Source: Catajapyx aquilonaris (lineage: Eukaryota). From it: 64,000 nt of DNA. Made by a program: the position numbers and the translations under genes. The stretch is from NCBI GenBank assembly GCA_000934665.2, contig JYFJ02000999.1, positions 1 through 64,000 of the forward strand, written 5' to 3'. Numbering within the stretch: position 1 is the first letter of the stretch; every line of letters starts with the position of its first letter. Shown one piece after another: positions 13,067 to 26,216 of this stretch. Below the pieces are notes generated by a model. It was given only the letters and a program-made list of their open reading frames with translations, was not told the origin of the DNA and ran no database searches.

Positions 13067-16023
13067 TCAAAAATGCTGACTAAATTTCCTCTTGCAAACC
13101 GTACAAGCAGATGGTTGCTCATCTGCATGTGTCCTCACATGCAATGTCAAAGCATGTAAATCACAAAACCTTTTTTTGCACTCACGGCATTCAAACGGCT
13201 CTTCCCCAGTGTGCGTCCTCATATGCAGAACTAACCCACGTCGGTTAGCAAATTTGCTGCCACAAGACTCACAACTGAATAGCTTCTCTCCTGTGTGAGT
13301 CTGCAAGTGTACACTCAGACACGATTGGCTGTTGAATATCTTACCACAAATATGGCAAAGAGAACTTTGTGGTTTCAATTCAACAAGCATCCGCAGATGC
13401 TGTGACATATCGGCCGTCTGACTACCCTTTTTATTGTGCACATGACATTTAGATGTCTCCTCCGATGAATGTATTTTTGCATGTTTCATCAAATCCGGCA
13501 TATTACGAAATGTAACCCCACAAATGTGACATTTATGTGCTGTAGCTAATGAATGCAACTGCTCTGCTGCCAAACTCTCTGCAGCTAAATGCTCATGCAC
13601 ATGCTGTGTAAATTCAGATGTCTCTGTAAAAGATTTCTTGCAAAATCGACATACAATTCGTTGATTTGCTGCACGTCTCTTCAACCTTCCTGTCGAAGAA
13701 GATGCCACACGAAAATCTCCCTTTCCAGTGTTACACCCACTTGGCCGTCCTGCTGTGCTTGTCGTGGTGCACATCTTCTGGTACTGCAACTTCCTCGCAT
13801 TTTCTTCATCAACTTCCTGTTGGTGCCTCTGAAATGTGCAAGAATATTGTCACCCATGCCTTCTTGTGCATTTTGTCATAGTTACAGGTGAGGCAGAATT
13901 GTTGCAGTTTTTTCCCCTCTTCAAACATTTAGTTCTTGTGTGCGCGGGAGTGATAGGTGAACGTCTAATTTTGATAGGAAAGGTCCATTGCTTACAAAAA
14001 TTCAAGATTTTAAAGATTCTTAAATTTTTAGTTAGTTCTCTAGAAAAAGTATGTTGCGTTTCTTCAACTGCGAGACGTTTTGACATTTTTCTGGACTTTC
14101 ATTTCTAACTTTATTTTTTTTGGATAATCCGCAACAAGAGTAATCTGCAGCCGGACATTGGAAGTACAGTGTAAATGCATTCACAAGTATTGATTTTGTA
14201 TATCTAGATGACTATCAGGAGTATTGGTTATGTAGAAATAATTACCTTATTACTTTCACCTAAGCAGAGGAAACATTCATGTAACACAACAAAAACATGT
14301 AAAATCATGAAATACCGTACAATATTATAGTTTTCTTAAAAAATAGTGAAGTATTTATCCTTCACATACACACCCTGCTGTTTTAAATTTAACTACGGAA
14401 ATACAAAACAAATGCTTAATAGGCCTGAATTACAGTATTTGACAAGAAAACATACATTTATCGCTGGAGCAGGACGGTTGGATAAACCGAGAAGCCGGAT
14501 AATCTGAGGTGGGACAATCGTCCCTAAAGGAGCAATGATTCTTCCAATGGGGCAAGTAAAATAAAATAAAATAAATAAATAAAATAATTTAATTGAAGCA
14601 GGATGGCAATGACATACCTTATGCAACGCTTCATGTGAAATGTCCAAAGGATCCTGTTCAAAATGAGTCACACTTGCCACAGCAACCAGTTCCTCTTCCT
14701 CCGCTGGCTCCACTTTGACATCCTTGACATCTACATCTTTGACCTTGGCAAGACACTGATATGTAGGGGGCTCCTCCTTCAGTCGCAACTTCCACTCCTC
14801 CTCTGTGGTGATGCTACTTTCATCATCCTCTTCCTTTTTGATCTCCACTGACATTAGAGGTTTAATCTGTGATAGATCATAAGGTAATTATTGTCGAATT
14901 ACAGCGCTAATGACTCATATCGGGTACGACAATTGGTCTGCTAATAGAAATCCTAATAAATCACTGTCAGCGAAGGACACATAAAATGACTGTCAGCTAT
15001 CATTGTCATAATTATGGTCGCTGTGGAGTCAAAACCACGTAACTCGAACAGGCACATTTTTTAGGCGAGCAAAAAAAAACTGTATTGCGGTTAGATTTAA
15101 TATTTTTACAAGTGCACATCTATTATTGATGCATTGATAACAGGTACACATTTGTAAAAAGAAAAAAGAGATTACATCTCAATGTGCACAAGTGGTACCT
15201 TTTATTCAGTCTTTTTGATCTCCTGAAAAATTCCCATATTTCGAGATACGTGGTTTTGACCTCACAGCTTAGTTGTAGTTAATGCTGGAACCGTGACGTG
15301 CTTGAAAGTTACGTTAACCGTGAAATGGGGTCTTTTAGGACCCCAAGCCATATTTTAATTTTTATTAATTTATACATAAAGGCCCATTCACATAGGCCGT
15401 CGACGGTTTTGGTTTTGGCTTTGGACCAATCAGAGCGGGCCCTCACGGTAACCATGACGCGTTGTTTACGAGAGGGCCCGTTCTGATTGGTCCGCGGCGC
15501 TGACGAGACCAAAAACCAAAACCGTCGACGGCCTGTGTGAATGGGCCTTAATACTTTTTCAGTGTATTGACTATATGCAATCATTCTTTGAACAATGCCT
15601 AATATGATCGCTAATTCAAAATAAACATGCACTTCCTGTCATATACTTTTTTTAAAAGGCAAAAGTTCATTGTAATTATCATTTTAATTCCTTTTGGGGG
15701 GTACTAAATGATCCCACATCACGGTTCCAGGGTTAAAAACACGAAATGTTCCTACCGCCTCCTGTGGCGGCATGCCAGTTACAAGATGTTTGACCAGGAA
15801 TCCCATTAATTAGCAATAGTAATGTCGCACTTGTGTGTACCTTACTAGTCCCATCTGATGCTGCAATGGCTAATGGATCCTGCTCATTATCAGGGGCATC
15901 CGGCCAAGGGATCATCTTCTCTTTTTCCCTCTTTGCCTCTCCGCCACATCCCAAAGAGTCAACCCGGCTTAACCGGGGCTGTCCTCTCCCTCCTTGAAAC
16001 CATTTCTTGATCTTCAACGACAT
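13067..16023 (-). CDS. C2H2 zinc-finger protein Z2, ~5 complete fingers, C-terminally truncated by a frameshift; exons (16023-15841), 14866/14854-14618, 13828-13067
   Basis: Finger exon resembles Z3. A small deletion near 13070 gives SQHF*, and a decayed last finger follows at ~12950-13066. Confidence 0.75.
15380..15548. mobile_element. Palindromic PIF/Harbinger-type MITE with TAA target duplication
   Basis: Terminal inverted repeat AGGCCCATTCACAYAGGCCGTCGACGGTTTTGGTTTT. TAA at 15377-15379 and 15549-15551. The paralogous site at ~11371 is empty, with a single TAA. Confidence 0.9.
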
Positions 16024-17106
16024 GGATCTGCAATTATAGTTCCTGATGAGTGTTGTACAGGCGCCATGCCGCATGCGGAAGGGAATTTATTTACCTGACC
16101 AGTACCTGACCCTGCGGGGAATCCATGATTCTGCAGCATATGACTGCGGCCTGGGATATCTGCGGTGGTCAGCAACAGTTCACACACGACGAGGGCTGCC
16201 TTATTCACTCTATGGCTAAGCCTTCTTGTCAACCACAGCCTGATGTGCATGACCCCCTGTAAAGAACCATTAAACCAGTCATACGGGCCTCTCTAAAAAA
16301 AGTACAACAAATAAAGAGGAAAAAAATACTCAACAAAACCTTCTCCATTCAACTGATAAGAATAAGTGAGATAAACAAGGGGTGCGTTCCTACTCACAGC
16401 CCTACACACTTAATGGTTCGTTCCTTTTTGTCCAACTGTGAACTGGAAAGAACTAAAAGTGTGATGATTATGCTAAAAATCATTTAAAAAAAATTAAATA
16501 CGTACAAAATAGAGGAAGAGTTTAAAAGCGAAGAGAAGATGACATAATTGTGATTACAAATGCTGGGTGCGTTCCCATCCGCGGATCAAAACCGATCTGT
16601 TCACTTGTCACCGCTTAAACGCTATTTCGATAGGAACGGCTACACCAGTCGCGGCTACTTATCATTTGCTAGTAGCTCTTTTATCTGAAAATTTGTCATT
16701 AAGTGGGAGGGAACTATTGTTATTAATTTAATCGTCTTGCTTTACAATTATTGCAATCCTAACAACCTGAGAGTGAACAAAATAATTCATGGTACATAAG
16801 AAGGCTAATTTTATGCAAAATCCAAACAAAATGTAACAAAAACACAGGCCACTTTTTTTTTTTTTTGCCGATTATACGACATTTTCAACAATCTTAGCAC
16901 TTACTAACTATCATGAACAAAACTAATTACTAGTCGGCAAGCAAGTGTGGTTCATACATATGTGACATGGATTGGATTTTCAGCGTGCTCCTTGACTTAT
17001 ATGTCAGCATGTGTGCACACAATACACAAGCGTTCACTTGGAATAGCAATGCATGTCCTCCCGTAACTTATGACTGTACCAATCCATGTGTAACAGAATA
17101 TTCCGG

Positions 17107-19699
17107 CTAACGTTCATGTATCTTCACGTGTGTTTTTAAAGTAGCGAAATGACGAAATCGTCTTTTACAAACGCTACAACTGTATGGCATCTCCTCTGTG
17201 TGAATTTTGAGATGCGTACTCAAACCATTTTGGTGACTAAATTTCCTCTTGCAAACCTTACAAGCAAATGGTTGCTCATCTGCATGTGTCCTCACATGCA
17301 ATATCAAAGCATGTAAATCACAAAACCTTTTTTTGCACTCACGACATTCAAACGAATTTTCCCCAGTGTGCGTCCTAATCATGTGCATAGCTAAACCACG
17401 TCGGTTAGCAAATTTGCTGCTACACAACTCGCAACTGAATCGCTTCTCTACTGCGTGAGTCTGCAAGTGTACACTCAGACACGATTGGGTGTTGAATATC
17501 TTACCGCAAACATGGCAAAGATAACTTTGTGGTTTCAACTCAACAAGCATCTGCAGAGGCTTTGACAGATCAGATGTCTGACTAACCTTTTCATCGGGCA
17601 CATGACATTTAGATGTCTTCTCTGATGAATGTATTTTTGCATGTTTCATCAAATCCGGCATCTTACGAAATGTAACCCCACAAATGTGACATTTATGTGC
17701 TATTTCTAATGAATGCATATTCAGGTGGTTTGTCAAGTCAGGCAACTGACTAAATATTATGCCACAAACATGGCAGAGAAACTGGTCTGCAGCTAAACGC
17801 TCTGTGGCTAAACTTTCTGTGGCTAAACGCTTTGTGGCTAACCGTTCTGCGGCTAACCGTTCTGCGGCTAACCGTTCTGCGGCTAACCGTTCTGCGGCTA
17901 ACCGTTCTGCAGCAAACCGTTCTGCGGCTAAACGCTCTGCGGCTAACCGTTCTGCGGCTAAATGCTCTGCAGCTAACCGTTCTGCAGCTAAACGCTCTGC
18001 GGCTAACCGTTCTGCGGCTAACCGTTCTGCTACTAAATGCTCACGTACATGTGGTGTAAATTCTGATGTATCTGTAAAGGATTTCTTGCAATATCGACAA
18101 ATAAGTAGCTGACTTGCTGCACATCTCTTCAACCTTTCTGTCAAATAAGATGACATACAAACTTCTCCCTTTCCAGTGTTACACCCACTTGGCTGTCCTG
18201 CTGTGCTTGTCGTGGCGCACATCTTTGGGTTCTTCCACTTCTTCACATTTTCTTCATCAACTTTCCGTTGTTGCTCCTGAATGTGCAAAAATATATTATT
18301 AGCTATACACATGCCTTTTTTAAAAAAGTAAGCATTTTTATATAAAAAAAGGAACAGACTAAACAAAAGTCCCTTACCTTAATTTTGATTATGTCCTCCC
18401 ACTGGCGCTTCAGCCGAACCATTGTTATAGCCTCCCATTGGCGCTTCAGCCGAACCACGAAAGAGTCTGTGGCTGAACCGTCACCTTGAACACTTTGGGG
18501 TCCCTGAACCATTTCCTGATGGGATTCCACATGAACTATTCTCTCTTCCAGCTGTCGTTGCAAATTCTGTGTACAGGAAACATTACACTGACATTACTTC
18601 TAAACAGTTCATATGTTATTTTCATGTCCCCCAGTACTGCACTGATCCCATTTTAAAGACAAAAAAAATCAAAAATCAAATCTGGTCTACCCTTAAATTA
18701 CTATCTGCCCTATTTACTGCAATGGGTTGTGTTCACTCGTATTTACTATCCTTAATAAACCAAGAGGCCAGGGCAGTCTACACAATTTTTTTTGTGATGA
18801 CTTGGTTCAGAGAACTCACTTCGTATTCATTAGACAGCCTGCTTCCATCTTACAGGCTACCCCTAACACAAAAGTGGATAATAGAAAGAATACACCATTA
18901 CACTGGACTCCAGATTATCCGGAAGCGAGTAATTCGTACATCACCAAAAATTAGCAATAATATCCGACAGAATGTCAATGTGTCCTGCAAATGAAGAAAT
19001 ATGCTAGGTGAAGTGGGACTGTCTTCCAAGGTATGGATGCATCACAAAAGTCACAATATCGATTGTACATCAGGACCGACTATGATTACTGTACTGTAAA
19101 ACCTCGATTTAAAGCTCTTCAAGGGATCGCCCAAAAGTAGCATTGTAAGTAGGTTAGCGCGTTATATGCGGGGAAATATACCTTATGGGAATGCTCAAGG
19201 GGACGGAAGAAAGGTTTTACTGTCTTTAGGCGAATCTAGGTCGCCCCGGAATGTAAATCCCACTGCTAGTTTTAACAAAGTCAAAAGTTTGGTATGGAAG
19301 AATGAATCTGTAAGGCTAACCCTATTTTTCCCCATACTTTGTTGAAAGTGTGTGCCTCTTAGACTTTATAGGAAAGGCATCTCTTTTTTCCTTATGCCTA
19401 CCATTTAAAGGCACCTCTTAAAGCAATATTATGCATGCAGCATGCCAGTGACGTACTTTATCAGCGACTTCATTGGAAATGTCTAACGGATCCTGTTCAA
19501 AATGAGTGGCACTTTCCACAGCGACCAGATCCTCTTCCTCCACTGGCTCCACTTTGACATCCTCTTCTTCTTTGACGGTCGTAAAGCCCTCGTAGAAGGA
19601 CGCAGAGGGCTCCTCCTTCACTCTCAGCTTCCACTCCTCCTCTGTGGTGATGCTCCCTTCATAATCTTCCTCCTCTTCCTGTTTGATAGCCAACGACAT
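17107..19699 (-). CDS. C2H2 zinc-finger protein Z3, ~8 fingers plus (AAERL)n tract; exons 19699-19457, 18566-18378, 18276-17107
   Basis: Acidic exon, 189-bp phase-0 cassette exon and an open finger exon. Confidence 0.85.
17790..18035 (-). repeat. Coding 15-bp tandem repeat, ~16 units of AAERL
   Basis: (GCGGCTAACCGTTCT)n is visible on the + strand and lies in frame within Z3. Confidence 0.95.
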
Positions 19700-19794
19700 G
19701 CTTCTGGAAAGTGAAAAATCCCAGTCAGATTGCATAGTACGGAATCTAAAGAGCCAGTGCCTCCTCCTCCTTCCAACCCACCTGTCCCCAGTGC

Positions 19795-20020
19795 TCATCC
19801 TTCAGCCGCTGTCCCTTCTCCTTCCTCAGAACGAGGCAAAAGGGAAGGAAAAACAAGCAGAAAGTGACTCCAGAAGAGACGCCATCTTGGATTAGGAAAA
19901 AAAGAAAAAAGAAAAAAAAAAAGAAAGAAAGGGTGCATTCCCACCGCCGCACAACTGACGGGGATGGGATTAAACGCTATTGAGAAAAAGAACAGCGATG
20001 ACAAGTAGCCGCTACCGATC
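19795..20020 (-). promoter_or_regulatory. Representative copy of the conserved promoter and non-coding exon 1 of the array
   Basis: On + strand: GACGCCATCTTGGATT, A-tract, GGGTGCATTCCCACCGC, GGGATTAAACGCTATTG, GAACAGCGA, GCTACCGATC. Further copies near 22990, 25495, 28825, 32490, 35238, 41373, 47160, 52130, 55365, 59296 and 62626, each upstream of an acidic exon. Confidence 0.7.
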
Positions 20021-20474
20021 ATACAAAACTTGTAGTTTTTGTTATTAATTACTTAAATGCTTGCGGGAACGATCTTCTGCCTCCAGAGTTCACAATGGAT
20101 GTGATGTGAAAATGTGGGGAGTGAATCTTTATTTTCCATTCGTCTTGCTTTACAATAATAACATTCGTACCACTTGGATGAAGTAGTGAACAAAATGCTG
20201 ACTGTGCATAAGTAATAAGGCTAATTTTAAACAATATGTAATGAAAAGGCAAAAGTTTAGCTTCAATGACATGACTCTCATGAACAAAACTGTGTTGCCA
20301 GTGTGTCGTACATCAGCATTGGATTTTCAGCACATACTTGTACCTAGACTTATTTTGTTATTACATCTGCACGCAATTCAGTGAGTTTCACCTCCTGAAC
20401 TAACCGTGCGCATGTCCTCCAATAAATGTCGACTGAACTAACCACCTATAATCTGTCACTGAAAATTCCAGCTC

Positions 20475-22829
20475 TCACGCATGTACCTTCATGTGTGTTC
20501 TTAAAGTAGCTAAATGACGAAATGGTCTTTTACAAACGCTACAATTGTATGGCATCTCCCCCGTGTGTATTCTGAGATGCGTACTTAAAGCATTTTGGCG
20601 ACTGAATTTCCTCTTGCAAATTTGACAAGCAAATGGTTGCTCACCCGTATGCGTCCTCATGTGCAATCTCAAAGCGCGTAAATTACAAAACCTTTTTTTG
20701 CACTCATCGCATTCAAATGGCTTTTCCCCGGTGTGGGTCATAATGTGCCTCCTCAAAGATGATGCGTCACCTAGCCTTTTCTCGCAAATATTACAACTAT
20801 AAATCCTTTCCCCTGTGTGCCTGTTCACATGATTTATCAAACCAGATATCTGACGAAAGTTTTTATTGCAAATCTGGCAAGTATATGGCCGTTCACCCGT
20901 GTGGGTTCTCATATGGACATTCAAATAAGCCAACCGGCCAAAAGCTTTCCGGCAAACGAGGCAACTAAATGGCTTCTTCCCTGAGTGTGCATGAAGGTGC
21001 GCTTTCAGGCCACATGCAAGGCTAAACTTTTTCTGGCAAATGTGACAATCAAATGGCTTTTCCCCAGTGTGCGTCCTCATATGCAGAACTAACCCACGTC
21101 TGTTAGCAAATTTGCTGCTACACAACTCGCAACTGAATTGCTTCTCTCCTGTGTGAGTCTGCAAGTGTACCTTCAGATAAGATCGATCACCGAATTTATT
21201 ACCACAAATATGGCAAAGACAACCTTGTGATTTCCATTCAGTGTGGATCAGCAGACGCTGTGGCAAATCAGATGCCTGACGACGAACCTTCCTCCTTGGC
21301 ACATGACATTCGGATGTCTTCTCTAACAAATGTGTTTTTGCATGTTTTGTCAAATCTGGCATCTTGCGAAATGTTATCCTGCAAATGTGACATTCATATG
21401 CTATTTCTAATGAATGCATATTCAGGTGGTTTGTCAAGTCAGGGAACTGACTAAACATTATGCCACAAACATGGCAGAGAAACTGGTCTGCTGCTAAATG
21501 CTCTGCAGCTAAATTCTCCCGTACATGTGGTGTAAATTCTGATGTATCAGATTTCTTGCAAAATCGACTTACTACACATCTCTTCAAACGTTCTGTTGAA
21601 GAAGATGACATACAAAAATCTCCCTTTCCAGTGTTACACCCACTTGGCTGTCCTGCTGTGCTTGTCCTGGTGCACATCTTTGGGTTCTTCCACTTCTTTG
21701 CATTTCCTTCATCAACTTTCTGTTGTTGCTCCTGAATGTGCAAAAATATATTTTAGCCATACACATACACAGCCATACACATGCCTTTTAAAAAAATAAG
21801 CAGGTTTATATAGAAAAGTGACAGACTGAACAAAAGTCCCTTACCTTAATTTTGATTGTTATAGCCTCCCACTGGCGCTTCAGCCGAACCACGAAAGAGT
21901 CTGTGGCTGAACCGTCACCTTTAACGCTTTGGGGTCCCTGAACCTGATGGGATTCCACATGAACTATTCTCTCTTCCAGCTGTCGTTGCAAATTCTGTGT
22001 ACAGGAAACATTCCACTGACATTACTTCAAAACAGTTCCTCTTATTTTCATGTACTCCAGATTATCCTGAAGCGAGTAATTCGCGCATCAGAATGTCAAC
22101 AGAATGTCAATGTGTCTTGCAAACAAAGAAAAATGTAACAGCCGTTTTGCATAAGTCAATCTAAAAATCCAAGGTAAGTTTTGTTATTTTGATTAAACCT
22201 CATTTAAAACATAATACACTATGTGCAGTTGAAATCTGTGAACAGAGCTCATTTTGTCTGGAATGATTTTCATATTATCCGTGTTATGGTGGATTATCTG
22301 GATTGCAGTGTACTCGTATATATTTTCTTACAATTTATTGCATGTACACCAGCCCGAGTGGAGACACAGAAATTCTACTAAATTCTACTAAATTGTGACC
22401 ACAAAATAGCTCGAAACGCACATTCTCCCTATACCCGCCATTGTACTGAGCTGATTTAGGCCCGGATAGATCAGCAGGTCACACGCACAACCCCGGCTAT
22501 GGAAAATTGCCAAAAATTTGGTTGCATTTAACTAAACTCTGCATCCAGATCTTTTACAGTAGTGGCTCTAGCTGGATCTGCCAGTGACGTACTTTATGAG
22601 CGACTTCATGGGAACTGCCTAAAGGATCATGTTCAAAATGAGTGGCATTTGCCACAGCAACCAGTTCCTCTTCCTCCGCTGGCTCCGCTTTGACATCATC
22701 TTCTTTGACGGTGGTAAGGCCCTCGTAGAAGGATGCAGAGGGATCCTCCTTCACTGCCAGCTGCCAATCCTCCTCTGTGGTGATGCTCCCTTCATAATCT
22801 TCCTCTTCCTTTTTGATAGTCAACGACAT
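20475..22829 (-). CDS. C2H2 zinc-finger protein Z4, ~11 fingers; exons 22829-22593, 21994-21845, 21731-20475
   Basis: Same architecture as Z3, all introns phase 0, open finger exon. Confidence 0.88.
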
Positions 22830-23559
22830 GCTCCTGGAAAGTGAATAATCCCAGTCAGGTCAGCTAGTAAGGAATCTAAAACGCCAGTGCCAAGCGCCCC
22901 ACTATTCGGCCTCCTTCCTGTACCATTTCCCTTCCTCAGAACGAGGCAAAAGAGAAGGAAAAATCAGACGAGATCCTCATCATCGTCAACAGACGCCATC
23001 TTGGATTAGGAAAAATAAAATAAAAAAATAAAAAGGGTGCATTCCCACCGCTGAACAATGGATGGGATTAAACGCTACTGAAAAGGAACAGCGACAACAA
23101 GTCACTGCTACCGATCATACAAAACTGTAGCATTTTGTTATTAAATTACTTAATTAGTCTACTTGTGGGACGGTCTTCTGTCGCCAGGGGTTCAAAATGG
23201 ATGTGATGGTAAAATGTGAGGAGCTAAAGCTTTATTTTAAATTAGTCTTTGCTTTAGAATAATAACATTCGTACAACTTGGATGAAGTGAACAAAAGTTA
23301 ACATGCATAAGTTATAAGGCTAATTTTTTAAACAATATGTAATGAAAAGGCAAGATTTTAGCTTCAATGACATGACTCTCATGAACAAGACCACATCAGC
23401 TGCATCCATATATGACACAGATGGGATTTTCAGTACGTACTTGTACCTGGACTTATTTTGTTATTACATCTGCACACAATTCAGTGAGTTTCACCTGGAC
23501 TAACCCATAAATTTCGACTGAACTAATCATCTATAATCTGTCACTGAAAATTCCAGCTC

Positions 23560-25297
23560 TCACGCATGTACCTTCATGTGTGTTCTTAAAGTAGCTAAAT
23601 GACGAAATGGTCTTTCACAAACGCTACAACTGTATGGCATCTCCCCAGTGTGTATTCTGAGATGCGTACTTAAAGCATTTTGGCGACTAAATTTCCTCTT
23701 GCAAATTTGACAAGCAAATGGTTGCTCACCCGTATGCGTCCTCATGTGCAATCTCAAAGCGCGTAAGTTACAAAACCTTTTTTTGCACTCATCGCATTCA
23801 AATGGCTTTTCCCCGGTGTGGGTCATAATGTGCCTCCTCAAAGATGATGCGTCACCTAGCCTTTTCTCGCAAATATTACAACTATAAATCCTTTCCCCTG
23901 TGTGCCTGTTCACATGACTTATCAAAGCAGATATCTGACGAAAGTTTTTATTGCAAATCTGGCAAGTATATGGCCGTTCACCCGTGTGGGTTCTCATGTG
24001 GACACTCAAACCAGCTAACCGGCCAAAAGCTTTCCGGCAAACGAGGCAACTAAATGGCTTCTTCCCTGAGTGTGCATGAAGGTGATCTTTCAGGCCATGT
24101 GCAAGGCTAAACTTTTTCTGGCAAATGTGACAACTAAATGGCTTTTCCCCAGTGTGCGTCCTCATATGCAGAACTAAACCACGTCTGTTAGCAAATTTGC
24201 TGCTACACAACTCGCAACTGAATCGCTTCTCTCCCGTGTGAGTCCGCAAGTGTGAGTTCAGATGCTTGTAGTAGAATATCTTACCACATATATGGCAAAG
24301 ACAACTTTGTGATTTCGAATCAGCAAGCTTCTGCAGATTCTTCGACAGTTCAGACGTCTGACTAACTTTTTCCCCTGGGACATGACATTCGGATGTCTTC
24401 TCTAGCTCTGGGGCAAAATGTTCCTCTGCTAAATGCTCATACATATGAGTTGTAAATTCAAATGTCTCTGTAAAAGATTTTTTGCACAATCGACATACAA
24501 GTGTTAGTTGATTTGTTGCAGATCTCTTCAACCTTCGTCCTGTCGAAGAAGATGCCACACAAATATCTCCCTTTCCACTCAGACATCTGCTTGGCTGCCC
24601 TCCTGTGCTTGTTGCAGTTGGGTTCTTCCATGTCTTCGCATTTTTTTCAACAACTTTCTGTTGGTGCCTCTGAAATGTGCAGAAATTTATTTTCACCCAA
24701 GGCTGCTTGTACATTTTATCATAGTTACAGGTCAGGTTGTATCCTGGCAGTTTTTTTCATTTTTTTTTTCAAACATACATAGTTCCTGTGTGTAACAGCA
24801 GTGAAAGGTGATTGTTTAATTTTGCTAGGAATTCCCATGATCACAAAAATATTGCTTTTCAATAACCAAGACGTATTAAATCACTTGTAAGAATTCAAAA
24901 TAACTGCATAAGTAGGGCTACTTTCCCTTGCTGGAGTTTGTATGGCCCATCATATTGGATATTGACATTTTTTTTCCTACGTTCATTTCTAACTTTTTTT
25001 TGGCTATGTAGGGATAATCCGCACCTGACAATGACGGTTACATACCATATGAGACACTTCATGTGAAATGTCCAAAGGATCCTGCGCAAAATGCGGGGCA
25101 CTTGCCACAGCAATCAGTTCCTCGTCCTCCGCTGGCTCCACTTTGACTTCATCGTCCACTTCTTCTTTGATACTGGTAAGGCCCTCATAGAAGCTTGCAG
25201 ATGGCTCCTCCTTCACTGCCAACTTCCACAGCTCCTCTGTGGTGATGCTCCCTTCATCTTCATCTGCCTCCTCTTCTTTTTTGATAGCCAACGACAT
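23560..25297 (-). CDS. C2H2 zinc-finger protein Z5, ~10 fingers; exons 25297-25046, 24669-23560
   Basis: Acidic exon plus open finger exon. C-terminal fingers are nearly identical to Z4. Confidence 0.88.
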
Positions 25298-26216
25298 GCT
25301 CCTGGAAAGTAAAGAATCCAAGTCAGGTTGCGTAGTACGGAATCTAAAGAGCCAGTGCCATGCCCCCCACCCTTCGGCCTCCTCCTCCTTCCAACCCACC
25401 TGTCCCCGCTGCTCATCCTTTGGCCGCTGTCCCTTTTCCTTCCTCAGAACGAGGCAAAAGGGAAGGAAAACCGAGCAGAAAGAGACTCCAGAGGAGACGC
25501 CATCTTGGATTAGGAAAAAAAAGAAAAGAAAAAAAAAATAAAAAAGGGTGCATTCCCACCGCCGATCAACGGGGATGGAATTAAACGCTATTGAGAAAAG
25601 AACAGCGATAACGCGTAACCGCTACCGATCATACAAACCGCACTTTAGCTATTCGCTTTAGATATTAATTACTTAATTAGGCTCAATTAGGTAGGGAGTA
25701 AGCTACCTCATGCACAGAAGCATAAAAGATGCAAGTGCAGTTCTTTCATTGTGGGGTGGGTCTTCAGTCACCAGGTTTCAAAATGAATGAGATATGTTGA
25801 AATGCCTGGGCATTTTCATTTTTAATTCTTCTTGCTTTACAATAATTACATTCATACAACCTGAAAGTTAGCAAAATATAATAATGGTACATGAGTTATA
25901 AGGCTGCCATTTTGGAAATACTATTTTGTTTGGATTTTAAGGTTGATGAAATGTGTAATATTAGCTTCAAAATTTTTTTTTGCAGATATATTTCATCATC
26001 CTTAACATTTCCTAACTTTCATGAACAAACAATTACCAGCCGGCATCAGTTTCATCCATACGTGACACAGGTTTGAATTTTAACATACTTGCACCTGAAG
26101 TGTGCCCTTATTGCTAGGAACAATTCACTGGGTTTCACTTGAACGAACTGTGCATGTCGTCTCATAACGTTTAACTTAACCAATAATGTACAATCTGTCA
26201 CTGGAAATTCCAGCTC

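Noticed and set aside
19925..19950. GTGGGAA as a Su(H)/CSL site in the promoters
   Set aside because: The preceding base does not fit YGTGRGAA, some copies read ATGGGAA, and conservation could simply reflect duplication.
19860..20020. tRNA or snRNA gene or SINE as the repeated upstream element
   Set aside because: No cloverleaf, A/B boxes or target duplications; its fixed position before each gene fits a promoter.
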